In this document: piece after piece, positions 50,191 through 62,400 of the stretch | How the letters are laid out: each line of letters opens with the position of its first letter | Numbering within the stretch: the stretch's first letter is position 1 | DNA from: Hydrolagus affinis | Taxonomy: Eukaryota | Assembly (NCBI GenBank): GCA_012026655.1 | Contig: JAAILG010001214.1 | Location: 1 to 64,000, forward strand | Direction: 5' to 3' | DNA: 64,000 nt | Made by a program: the position numbers and the translations under genes | Notes under the pieces: model-generated | Database searches by the model: none | What the model was told of the DNA's origin: nothing | What the model saw: only the letters and a program-made list of their open reading frames with translations

Positions 50191-51964
50191 GGATAAGTTT
50201 TTCTGGCTTAAGGTTCAGCTGTTCTAGGTGAGGTGGAGGAGTAAGGCACAATAAGATAGAGTTTGAAGAGGCGGAGGAGGCAGGCTGGAAATACTCAGAC
50301 ATCAAGAGTGTTTCTTGAATGAAACAGCATTCCTAACATGAAACACAGAATTGTAACTGGAGCTGAACAGTTTCAATTCAAGGACTTTGTCATTGATTTC
50401 CTCTGAATCTTTATTTTATTCATTTTTTTCAACCCATAAAATGCACAAATTTTACCCACAAAATAAACACTTTACATCAAATCCTGTGAAAAGCTTTGAG
50501 ATATTCCTCATGACGCAAATTGTGATATATCTAATGTAAAGATTTTTATTATAACTAAAATAATTAATTCCAACTTTTTGTTATTTTGTTAACTTGAAGA
50601 CATTTTTTTGGCCTTTTTTCCATTCCATGTGGCCCTTCCACTTTGCCAATCGAATGACACAGTTCTCAAGAATGATAAGGTTTCATGGTGGAGAACTGCT
50701 AGGGGTCATCTGACAGCAGCTGTCCACCATGCAGATGTTCCCCTCTCCTCCCCCACCCACAAACTCAAGCAGATGCCTTGCCTCTGGTTGGTATCATTTG
50801 GTTTGTGTCCTGCTGCTTAGTGCTGTTCACTAATGATTGGTGCACAGGATTAAAATTCTGTCTTCTCATTTCATAACTCTTTATATTGGCCATGAAGCTT
50901 GATTCACATAAAATTGTTAAAATAGGATTAGGGTCTAATGGCCTGTGATTGCTAAAACAAATCCCATCTTTTTAGCCAAGTTTATACAATAGATTTCTCA
51001 TACATCAGCTGCCACCCTTCTTATTTTCAGGAATAATCAGCTGGAAAACTATTATTTGTTCCCTGAGGGAGATTATTAGCTATTGTTTATCACAATAATT
51101 TTTGCCCACAAAAATATATGGTCAATTCCCTTCACAGTATTTCCTGGGAAGCGCTTTGAGGCTTCTTAAAAACATGATAAGGTACTATATAAAATGCAAG
51201 GATTATTATTATTATCCGATGGAATATTTTAAGCAATTTTATACAAATTTGTGAAGCAACACTTCATAAGCATTCAGTAGCATTGCTAGATGCTGATTTG
51301 TGTATATGAATGCAAAGAGAAAGTATAGGAATCACTGATGGAATCCTAACCCACAAGCTTGTACAAGTAGGAAGAAATCAGAGGCCTGAAATTAATTTAC
51401 CAATAATTTATGATCAGGAAACATTGTGATAATCGGGAAACATTTTCAATTCAGTCTTAACTTTGGTTATGTTTTATTTGCTATTTGTTTCCACAAAGAC
51501 TTTTTGATAGTTATGGGAAAGTGGCAAAGCTGATACTTGTTTGCTGAAAGCCTCAGGTTAATATACCTGCGGTATGTATTCTGGCATGATAAGGACATCA
51601 CAGAAAATGGCTGGGAAAAGAGTGCGACCTGCTTCTGTTTAGAAAGGAAATATAGTAGAAATAAAACTGCCCAGATTCTACCTTTTGTACTGTTAATTTT
51701 TTTTCAAACCTTGCAATTCTACACAGGTTATGATAGCTCTTGGAAAATGGATGGTGTGTGTGTGTGGGGTGGGGGGGGTGGGGTGTCAGAGAAATAGGGA
51801 GGTAGGTACAGTACTTTGAAAAAGGTTGTTAATTTTCACCTCAGATATTTCTTGATGAATGAGATCTAGAGTTCCAGCATTGGTTAATGTTTTAAGCTCC
51901 TGTTTGAATGCTGCACACTAGCCATAGGTTGTTCATAATCTCATCTACAAAAAATGAATTCAAT

Positions 51965-52385
51965 AAACAGGATAAATAGGATGCTGGGCTATATTGCAAA
52001 ATTACTTGAGTTCAGATCTCTACATGTCACACTCAAATTAGATTATCCTCTGGTCAGATCACAACTGGTTACCACAATATAAAAATAGTACAAATGAGAG
52101 CAATGAAACCGATCTCCAGTGACAGAGGAAAAGGCGAAGTACAATGATTGAACAAGCTATGGCTCTTCAACCTTAAGAGAAGACAACTCAGAGGACGTTA
52201 TTGAAGTATACAAATGAGATTGAAAAATTAAACCCGGAACAATACTTTAGCATGCACAATGATAGTAGAACTAGAAGACTTAGCTTTAGAGTTGCAAAGG
52301 GCAATTTCAGGATAGACAGCAGGAAGTCGTTTTTACCCATAAGCTAATTAATAGGTTGCAATTGTAGTTCACTGGATTCATTTAA
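51965..52385 (+). mobile_element. Old CR1 LINE 3' fragment
   Basis: Decayed INRMLGYIAK...LVRSQL and LRGxxIEVYK motifs. Confidence 0.7.
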
Positions 52386-52394
52386 CGTCTTCCA

Positions 52395-52990
52395 AGCATT
52401 TGTCACATCAAGGCTCGACTATAGAAACTCCCTCCTCCTCATTGGCCTTCCCGGCTCTTCCCTTCACAAGCTGTAGATCATCCAGAAATCTGTAGCTTGG
52501 GTCCTCTCCCGCATCAAGCTCTGTGACCACATCACTCCCACCCTAGCCCGGCTCCATTGGGTCCCATCCCCCAGAGGATAGAATTCAAGATTCTTGTTCT
52601 CACTTTCAAAGCTATTCATGGCCTTGCCCCCTCCTATCTCTCCAACCTGCTGATTCCTTATCAACCTGCTCGCTCCCTCCATTCAGCAGACTCCAGTTTG
52701 CTCCATGTCCCCCACCCGACCCGCACTACCATCGGTGGAAGGACCTTCAGTCTCTCTGCCCCCACACTCTGGAACTCCATCCCACAGTCCCTTCACCTCG
52801 CTCCCTCCCTTGCCTCCTTCAAGGCCGATCTCAAGACCCTCCTCTTTGATCGTGCCTTCTAGCACCCTCCCAATACTTTCCCACCCCTCCCCCCTGCTCT
52901 TCCCCTCCCCATTGCTCTGACTGTCCAGTGCTTTGGGAAGTCCTCCCGACGTGAAGGCATTCTATAACTTTAATTATGTTGTTATTGTAT
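52395..52990 (+). mobile_element. L2 LINE 3' fragment
   Basis: ORF 52557-52862: PIPQRIEFKILVLTFKAIHGLAPSYLSNLL...APTLWNSIP...KTLLFDRAF. Confidence 0.95.
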
Positions 52991-52994
52991 ATTG

Positions 52995-54455
52995 CCTCTT
53001 CTCATTCTTCCTCCCAAAATGCATCACTTTGCATTTCTCTATATTAAACGTCACGTTTCTGCCCATTTTACCAGTCTGTCTATGTCCTCTTGCAGTCTGC
53101 TACTATCCTCCTCACCATTTACCACTCTTCCTAGCACTATTGCAACTTGAAAATTGCACTAACCAAATCCAGGTCATATATATGAATCATAACAAGCAGT
53201 GAGCCCAATACTGACCCCACAGGGACATCACTGTACACTTCCCTCCAGTCAGAAAAACAACCCTTCACCATCACTCTCTGATTCCTGTCTCCCAGCCAGT
53301 TCTGTATCCATGCTGCTACTGTCCCTTTAACACTGTGGGCTTCTATTTTCCTTACAAGTCTCTTATGTCTCCTATGCACTTTATCAAACGCCTTTTGAAA
53401 ATCCATATAAACTACATTAACTGCACTACCGTCATCCAACCGCTCCATTACTTCACCAGGTTTGATAGATGCAATTTCCTTTTTTACAAAACCGCGTTGG
53501 CTGTACTTTATTATTTTATTAACCCATATTTTTCTGAGTGAAAATTTATTTTGTCCCAGATTGTAGTCTGCAGAAGTTTCCCCAGCCTGAAATTAGGCTG
53601 ACTGGCTGGTATTCTCCAGGTTTATCCTTCTGCCCCTTTTTGAAAAGGGGAGTAACATTTGCAACTTTCCAGTCCTTTGGCATTCCCCCAGGAGGATTGA
53701 AAGATTCCCTCAGTAACCTAGGATTTATCCGGTCTGGACTGGGTGACCTATCTGCTCTGCGCACCGTCAACCTTTTAGTACCTCTTCTCTGTTTATTCTT
53801 ATCCTATCCAGTTTCCCTACCCTCTCCTCTGATATTGTGGCATTGGATGCATCCTTTTGTGAAGACCAATGCAAAGTACTCATTTAGTACATCAACCATG
53901 TCCTTTGCCTCCACAAGAAGATTTCCACTTTGGTCCCTAATTACCACCCCACCCTCACCTTTGACTAACCTTTTATTCTTTATATGCTTATAAAATATCT
54001 TTAGGGTTCCCTTTTATGTTACACTCTAATCTTTTCTCATACAGTCTCTTTGACCCTCGTATTTCCCTTTTCAGTTCTCCTCTGTACTTTCCATATCCTA
54101 TTTGATTAAGTTCTGTATTTTGGACCTGACATCTATCATAAGCCTCCCTCTTCTATTTTATTTTAATCCGATTTCCTTAGTCATCCAGGGGGGTTTGGGT
54201 GCCCTACGTTTGTGGGAATGTATTTGTTCTGTCCCCGAACTATCACCTGCTTGAAGACTTCCCATTGTTTGTTAACAGTTTTTCCTGCTGTATTTCTTTC
54301 CATTCCACCTTGACTAGGTCTCTTTTTAACTAATGAAATTAGCCCTCTTCCAGTAGAGTATCTTCACCTTTGATTGTTCCTTGTCCCTTTCCATAAGTAT
54401 TCTAAGCCTAATGATGTTGTGATCACTGCAGTCCAGACACTCTCCTACTGAAACC
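52995..54455 (-). mobile_element. CR1 LINE ORF2 relic from the endonuclease end through the reverse transcriptase, with deletions and frameshifts
   Basis: ORF 53137-53448: VVYMDFQKAFDKV...WIQNWLGDRNQRV...VPVGSVLG. ORF 53546-53770: DWKVANVTPLFKKG. CSDHNII endonuclease motif near 54410-54430. Confidence 0.95.
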
Positions 54456-54581
54456 TTGCCCCACATTTCTAAAAATCTGTCAAAAATATTAAAATGTTAC
54501 CATGCTGTTTAACCACAGCAACGACATTGTGGTACATCATAGAAATAATCATATATGTCTAAATCTTTTTATTTCTCTAAT

Positions 54582-54656
54582 GAAAGTGCAGTTTAAACCA
54601 TTTTATTCAATATAGAAAGTGCAGTTTAAGCCATTATGTTCAATATAGAAAGTGCA
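54582..54656 (+). repeat. 33-bp tandem duplication, 2.3 copies
   Basis: GAAAGTGCAGTTTAAACCATTTTATTCAATATA units start at 54582, 54615 and 54648. Confidence 0.9.
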
Positions 54657-56519
54657 AGGCTACTGTGGGACACAAAATACAGCTGACAGCCTCCTGCTTA
54701 TCAGTAGCTGTAACATTCTCTATGAGACCTGTTTCTGTTTGAGTTTAAGCATGTTCTGTGCGGGTTAGAAGGGTGACAGCGGGGTCAGAGGATGCTTCTC
54801 TTCTCTTCTGTCCCCTCCAGTGCCATCTGCAATCAGATTGTTAGTGTGTCAAGTCAATCTGTCAGAAAACCCCTCACACTGCTCAGTCAACCATGAGGAT
54901 ATACCTTGTAGTAGCAGAGGATATCCTTTGCTACATCCAGTCAGTCTGTCTAAATGGGGCATCAGACAATACCTCCATACCGATGAATGCTAGCTGGGCT
55001 TCTCATTGACGTGTCTTGACCTACTAAGCAGATATATCAGAAGGACCAGGTAGAATAGCTTTGAGAGGCCTGTTTGTCAATTGACATAACCCACAAACCT
55101 TTGGCCTGTTAAACGAACAGACTATTAATCCACGTGTAAGATTCCACTCAATCATAAAATAATAAAATTGCTTTAGTTATTCTCGCTGTGTTGAAAGGAA
55201 TTTTTTGCTGTGTAGTGTGACAACCTAGCCACTAGATGACACCAAGAGATAGGAACTATTACCCATGATTTATTCTCACTATTCGTGACATTAACCACCA
55301 TGGAAGATGTCTATTATTGCTTAGATCATCATTAAGATCACTGAGGTAAGCAAATTAAGTGATCTGGTGTAAATTAACTCTACTAATATTCCAGTGTAAA
55401 TTATTACTGTCAGGGTGCAGCAAGTACAGAATTTATGGACATATTGGACTCTGCACCCGAAAATAATTTCTTTTGCCTGGTTCTAACATCACTGTGGGTT
55501 CTAATGGGTTATTATCTTAATGGACAGCTCACATTATTAATCTATCATACTGCAGAGGACCAGCTTTTGGAGCAGAGAGAGGACGAAAAATAAATGAGCT
55601 GACTTACATTCTAGGCTCTTGATAGAGTTATTATCTTGCATCTTATTTTGACATTACAGATGCAGAATTGAAGAGCGCATGCACTAACTATATTATTGCT
55701 GCACTTAAGTGGAGTGTTCCAAAGCATGTAATTACAGTGCAGTCTTATGGCCCTGAAGAGATGGGGATAGTGGAAGAGTGTATCCATAATTTGAGGGCTA
55801 TACACTGGTGATTATAGAGACAGTGCTCTTTGCATCTGTGGCTGGCCTTTTGTGTTGTGACCGTTACCATGACAAATAATTGGCCTGAATTTCAGCTATT
55901 TTCATCCAGGTGTGAAATTCATAATTTTGCACTTCTGGTTAATTTTGTACATGCCCTTTTAAACAATCTAAAAGGGTCTAAAGGAATTGGGTGGGGTTGC
56001 TAATAAAAAGAAAGTTGCAACCTACTGCAATGAAAGCTTCCTTATCTCCTGAGTGGCTCAGAGATCTCTCTCCAATCTCAGCTGCTGTACAGATGACCTT
56101 GTTGAGAGTTTTATTCATTCAAAACAACAAGAAAGGCCTTGTCCTCAGCATTTAAAGCATGAATTAACATACTACTGTATTAAAGAGCTGTGAAAGAAAG
56201 AGTGCATTATTTAGACCATTATTTCAAAAAACTGAGAAGCATATTCATATTTTCACCAGAAAATAATAGTTTTTTTTACTGCAACGGTCATCATGTATTT
56301 TTTAACTTTTTTTAAAAGTTGTTTTCTTGACCAGCTATGTGCATTTAAATTCTCCTTCTCTGTATTGCATAGTGTAATCTAGCCATTCAACCATATGAGG
56401 TGTGTGAGTTTGGGAAGGAAGGTGAAGCCTCTCTTGATGTTTTTAGACTGGTTTGGCAAGACTGGACATTTTGATTTTTTTCAGGTTAATGTGTAATATG
56501 TGTATATATGGGAGTGGAA

Positions 56520-57070
56520 CAAAAACAACTTGCATTCATATGTTGCATTTCACATAGTGTGATGGCTCAGAGTGCTTTAGAGAGATGGTGCCATCCATGG
56601 AGCAGAGAGTGGGTGTGACGGGAGGGGGGTGGGGGCACATGATAGTAGGCAAGGTTGAAGAAGATGGTGGGTTTGGAAGACATGTAGTAAGGGGGCAAGA
56701 TGGAGGGGTTGTGGGAGGGAGCACTAGAGAATGGTACCTGAACATTTAGCTGCTGATAGTGGAAAGAGTAATGAATGCTCAGGAGGTCTGAGTTTGTCAA
56801 GTAGAGCGGGCAAACTTTATGACTGATCACTAAGGTAGGGTGGTGTGAGGACATGAATGGATTTTTAGGTGAGGGTGAAGATGTTGAAGTAGATTTGCTG
56901 GGAAACAGAAGCAACAGTAAAGCCTGGAGTGAATGAGAGACATGGGAGGTTCTGTGTGGTAAGGGTATGAGAGGCACAGATGTGGATGGACTGAAGTTTA
57001 TTTGGTGGAGCTGGGAAGCCAAGCTGAGTTCATTGGAAGTCTAGCTTGGAGAAGACAAAGGTATGAATAA
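56520..57070 (-). mobile_element. Old L2 LINE 3' fragment
   Basis: CAAC tail and TTGCATTCATAT; decayed antisense ORF2 (SKLDF..AWLP..QLH). Confidence 0.6.
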
Positions 57071-59074
57071 TGGTTTGGCTAGACTGGGCAAGAGCTAATT
57101 GACAATGTGGAGATGATACAGGCATTCAGCTCTCATTGCTCCCTCAAGTTTAGTCATCGATAAGGATCACATTTCTGAAGGTGTTGGTCAGTGACTCGAT
57201 ATATAGGAGGGCTGAGGGTTGAGCCAACACCAAGGTCACATATTACTTCAAAGGTGTGAGGTATATGGTTTCCACATACATATGGATGCAGAATTGTCTA
57301 TTTAAATGGTAATTAAAATAATAATATTAATAATAATGATAATATTTATCATTGATATTCATGAATTGTAGAAAAATCTTAATAATAATCATCCTTGCAT
57401 TTGACATGGGAAGGACAGGATTCAATGTTAAGTGTAATGACTGTATTTTTGTAGGCCTAGATATCAGCCAATTTGCAGAAGCAATGTCCCACAAATAGCC
57501 TTACATTCATTATTAATTTGGAAACTAGTTCAGCAGTTCTTAAATAGCTTCCAAATTAAGGTTGAATTTAAGCATTTCACACAATTCTATGCAATCTTAA
57601 ATTTTAAAACAAACAGCCCTGTAAAACTAAATTCATCCGATTGTGTATGGAGGACACAGAGATTTAAATTGGAAATATGGCAGCAGTAACAGGATAAGTG
57701 AGTCCACAAAATATGCAGTCAATCCACTTACAGTATATACTTACAATATTTACATTTTACAGTAAGTTCCCTACTCCCTTTCTTGCTGGCTTGTTGTAAG
57801 ACTCTGCCACTGTGAAGTAGTCCAGGACATTTACCCTTGTGCTATGTCAGTGCAAGTTGTTATCCTGTGAAGAGCTTTGAGATGTCTCGACAACTTGATA
57901 AGGCGCTATATTAAATGTAAGGATTATTATGAAGGTGCATGATCCTGGAATTTGGTGTTGTGGTCTTCAGGTAAAGTTACTTAAAGCTTTTAAGATGTAC
58001 TGACAGGTTACATCAAAAATACCTCATCAGAGATACCCTAAGCAAGATTAGCAACAGCCCAGAGTCCCAGCTAGCAAACCCTGCCAATTTTTAGGTGGGT
58101 GGAAAAGCAATCATTCCAGTGACTAAGCATTGTTCTCAGTGTGGTCAGCAAAATTCAGAAAGAAGGTGTCTGAAATTCTTCCTTCCTCCATCTCATTGTC
58201 CGTAGAGTCGTTACCACAGCATCTCCGATCCCGCGCTGCAGAAGGGCTCCTGTGACAGAGATTGAATGTGACTTTTTCAGTGGCATAGCATGAAATGTAA
58301 ACAGACTCTGATTACTTTAGTTGTTTTTTAATGACATTAAACATCTCTGATCATAAACTGCTATATACATAATCAGGGCTAGATATGCTTCCAGATCCTT
58401 TGTTAACTTGAAACTTGCCATCTTACAAAGATTTCAACTTTGTCAACTGGGACTGTCAGCACCAATGTGGTTTCGCTAGCATGTGATGCACCATAATTTT
58501 TTAAATATCTTTTAATGCTGCTATGTCTGGTCCTTTTTGATGTCATTGAAATTCTATGTTATTGCTAACTGTGAGCAATTCATTTTCCACAGAAACTCAC
58601 ACGACCAAGATCTGTAAATGTATGGTCATTGGGAGAATTACCCATTGTCCCCCACCACCCCAATACAGTGAAGGACAATCAGTTCCCTGTAAATGCCACA
58701 AATATAAAAAGTGCTATATCCAATATAACTTGTTATTAATATTATTATTTCAATGCATCAATATTTGGTAGTCTGGTTTAAATGCAAGCATTATTGCCTC
58801 TGAATCAGAAGGTAGTAAGTTCAAGTTCACCCCTGAGACTTAAAACTTATATAGTCAAGGTTCAATGTTGGGTGTCCAGTACTATGTCTTTCCAATGTAA
58901 AAAGTACCAAATAATGTAAAATTGTACTTTTACATTGTCAGAGATGCTGTACAGAGATGAGGTATTGAACTGAGATACACATTTTCATTCAAGTGGAAAT
59001 TAAACATCCCATGGCACAACTCATAAAGAAAAGAGAGTTTCTCCCAGTGTCCTGGCCAACAATGTTCCAGATAA

Positions 59075-59278
59075 CAAAAACAAAAATTGCTGGGGAAACT
59101 CAGCAGGTCAAGCAGCATTCATGGAGAAAGGAAAAAGAGTCAACGTATTTCGGGTCTACAACCCTTCATCAGAACGGTTGACTCTTTTTCCTTTTTCCAT
59201 GGATGCTGCTTGACCTGCTGAGTTTCCCCAGCAACTTTTGTTTTTGTTTCAGATTCCCAGCATCTGGAATGTTTTGTT
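59075..59278. mobile_element. Penelope-like element terminal fragment (inverted repeat) with a 14-bp TSD
   Basis: AATGTTCCAGATAA at 59061-59074 and 59279-59292; inverted arms 59073-59144 and 59177-59248 (72 bp, about 3 mismatches). Confidence 0.75.
59140..59176 (-). ncRNA. Putative minimal hammerhead ribozyme core
   Basis: Minus strand reads CTGATGA-A-GGGT-TGTAG-ACCC-GAAA-TACG-TT: both conserved core boxes around a 4-bp stem II; stem III is minimal. Confidence 0.5.
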
Positions 59279-59619
59279 AATGTTCCAGATAAAATTGGCC
59301 ATACACTATATATATGTTTGTGAAACACTGCTGTGCTTAAAATGTCTGAATGCACAGTTAAAATACAGAAGTAACAACAAAGGACAAATTAAAGAATAAA
59401 TAATGCATTTTCCCATCATTTAGAGTTATCTTGTCTTTGTTGCTTTATCATGGTTAAAACAAATATATAATAAAACCATTTATACATTGGGATGAATTTA
59501 TTACTCCAATGAAACATGAAAGTAAATAAGATTTTAATGAGAATAAATAGACATTTTATTAATTTTCCCTAAGCTCTCCCTGTCATTTTATTTAATTTTC
59601 TTCACTCTGTTCTCTTAAC

Positions 59620-60125
59620 TTGGCATTGGAAAGAGTGCAGAGGAGATTTACCAGGATGGTTCCAGGAATGAGGGACTTTTGTTATGAGGAAAGGCTAGAG
59701 AGGCTAGGTTTATTCTCATTGGAGCAGAGAGGGTCACGAGGAGATCTAATAGAGGATTTCAAAATCATGAGGGGATTCGATAGGGTAAACAGGGAAAAAC
59801 TGTTCCTACTGGTGGGTATGTCAGTGATTTGAGGTCACAGATATAAAATAATTTCTAAAAGAAGCAGAGGGGAGGTGAGAGAAATCTTTTCAAGTAGTGA
59901 GTTGTTTGATTCTGGAATGCATTGCCTGAAAGGGTGGTGGAGGCTGATTCGATAACATCTTTTAAAAGAGAGGTGGGTGGTTATTTGGGGAGGACAAGTT
60001 TGTGAGGTTATGGGGAAAGAGCCGGGGAGTGGGATTGACTTTAAATAACTCTTTTCAAAGAGCCGGCACAGACACAATGGGCCGAATGGCCTCCTTTGGT
60101 GTTGTAAAATTCTATGATTCTATGA
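59620..60125 (+). mobile_element. CR1 LINE 3' end
   Basis: ORF 59620-59832: LERVQRRFTRMVPGMRDFCYEERLERLGLFSLE...RGDLIE; octamer tail (TTCTATGA)2. Confidence 0.95.
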
Positions 60126-60304
60126 ACTTATTGTGCTACAGTATTTTCAATTTAATCCACTCTGTTTGTTTCTGACCTAACTCAGCACTTACCTTTCTGA
60201 TTTTTTTTCTTTCAGTTCTCTGTCTCTGCCAATTTTATATGAAGGGAGCAACTTGACTTTAAAAGCCAATGAAAGCCTCAAAGATCAATGATTGCACTTG
60301 CCTC

Positions 60305-61390
60305 AATCAGCCAAGGCTCGGTTGGTCGCATTCTCAATTTTGAGTCAAAATGTTGTAGGTTCAAGCCGCACTTCAGAAATCTGAACTCACGTGCAGCTGA
60401 GCTGACTCCAAAGTAATGTGCTTGGCACAGAATGTTGAGTCATCTTTCCGTGGCTGTCTTGGTAATCCATTTCCTGAGCCAAGTACTGGGTCTGCAGTAC
60501 AGTAAACCTCACATAAGTCATTTCAGTTGGGTCCACACATTTAATATGATTTATTCAAAAGATGATTTACGTCAAATTTGCATAGAATATAAACACTTAA
60601 ACAGGACTTGGACAGATGTATGACTTATTATACAATTTATACAGAACAGGCTCAGGAGGATTTTACTGTACTCCAGGGCACCGTTGTTGACAGACCAGCC
60701 ACCTTGGCTCATCAGCAGGATTTTGAAATGGGAGATCATACAATGAGAACAAGGATTATTCCCACTCAGCTCCCGATCACTCAGTAAGACAAAGACCTTA
60801 GGGTGGTCCTAGCTGCACAAGCAGTAATAAATTTCAGGCACTGATCTCAATGGTAACGCTATCATCAATAGACGTCCAATACTCTGCAAAACTAGTTAAT
60901 TTTCTCAAGGAAAGGATGCACATTCCATTCTAGATATAGGGAAATTTCCATGTGTAACTTTCAGTCTGGTTCGGATACTCCTAAACATTGTGATGAGTTT
61001 CCACGTGTGTCAGACACCTGCTTGACGAACAAAAATAGTGTTGGAGAACACTATATTGTTGGAGGTGCCGTCTTTCAAATGAGACATTAAACTGAGGTTG
61101 TATCTTCCTGTTTAGATTGGCATTAAAGATCAAATGGCTCTATTCTATGGGAAACTCCCTTCTCTTTCTGAATAGTTCTATCAGTTCTTTAAGGCAAACA
61201 AGCCTCAAGAATCCCAAATAAAATTGGTCTTTCATTCCATGGCTGTTTCTGGGACATTACTGTGCGCAAATTGGCTGTAGTGTTTTCACCTACAAAATAT
61301 AATCACTACACTTTACATGATATGCTGTAAAGTGCTTTGAGAGATCTTGGTGATATAAGGCACTGTATCAAGTATTATTATTATTATTGC
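60305..61390 (+). mobile_element. Deu-domain SINE split into 60305-60420 and 61038-61390 by an insertion
   Basis: Head ends GCTGACTCC; resumes ATTGTTGGAGGTGCCGTCTTTCAAATGAGACATTAAACTGAGG and runs to the (TTA)n tail. Confidence 0.75.
60430..61030 (-). mobile_element. Old unclassified repeat, copy 3
   Basis: Collinear with 47600-48300 and antisense to 6340-6790. Confidence 0.55.
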
Positions 61391-62400
61391 ATTACAGTGT
61401 AAATCACTCTGGAGGGAGTTTCTAATTGTTTTCCAATGATGGGTCAGCCAGATCAATAATACTGCTACATTACATAGAAGTGGATGTTATTTTTAATAAC
61501 ATGTTTGAACTTTCTAAAATAGTTACTTTTGAGGGGGGTTGATATTTTGTTCAAGAAGTATTTTGTCATGTCATTTCTGAATAGTCTTATTAACAGTCCC
61601 AGTGACACTGATGATGACAGGAACCATATTTGTTTTATACTGCCACATATGTCTGCATTCAATTTGTAGATCGATAAAGATCCTGATATTCTCTAGTTCC
61701 TTATTTCTTGAGTTGTAATCACTTGGGATAACCACATCAATATTACTGTATGTACAATCTTTGTTTTAAATTATCTGATTTGTTACAGATATCTGTATAT
61801 ACTTGTGAGTCCAGATTATTGTGATTTTATTTTTTTATGTCACTTTTGCTGGTTAATGTTCATATCTTTACATTAATATCAAAGTGTTTACAAATTGTCC
61901 AGAGAATATTTTTAGCTACGTTTTAAATCAATTCAAATACTCTGTTTGTGCTAGGGCTGGACATGATGACTGTTTATGTGCTTGATCTCATACTTGGCAT
62001 TTTGGTCAATGTTTCTCTTGAAGATCTTATTTTCATAATAACACGTAATAATAGATTTGTCTTGTGCTGATATGAGAGCTTTTGTTTTCACTTTCAGATC
62101 CCCAGTCAACCAGTTGTAGCTTTAGGTCATTTCTAGGCCTTGTTCTTCTCTACGTTCTCTCCTTTGACATCATAGCTATGATGGATTCTTTCTCTAAAAT
62201 TGACCATGGATAATTTTCTTCTCCTGTACAATTTTTCGACAAAACATAGTCTGCATTATACAAATTTTAAGGAAAGTTTTCATTCAATGTGCTGTTTTTG
62301 TTAGTTTGTTAGCTGCTTTCTATTTTTATTTGTAAATGTTATACTCTTGTTTGATCTTGATTGCTTCTTTAATGAAAGAAATTTTCTTATTTTTAATGTT
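61390..62400 (-). mobile_element. R4/Dong (Rex6-like) non-LTR retrotransposon 3' relic with restriction-like endonuclease domain
   Basis: Frameshifted minus-strand peptides KKIIHGQF, ISAQDKSIITCYY, SSCPALAQTEY, VAKNILWTICK and IDVVIPSDYNSRNKELENIRIFIDLQIECRHMWQYKTNMVPVIISVTG, in the order typical of the R4 clade. Confidence 0.85.

Larger units (their letters stand above)
58770..59350 (+). mobile_element. Deu-domain SINE hosting the Penelope-type insertion
   Basis: GCCTCTGAATCAGAAGG head; TTAAACATCCCATGGCAC...GTGTCCTGGCCAAC, then resumes AAAATTGGCCAT...ACACTGCTGTGC. Confidence 0.75.
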
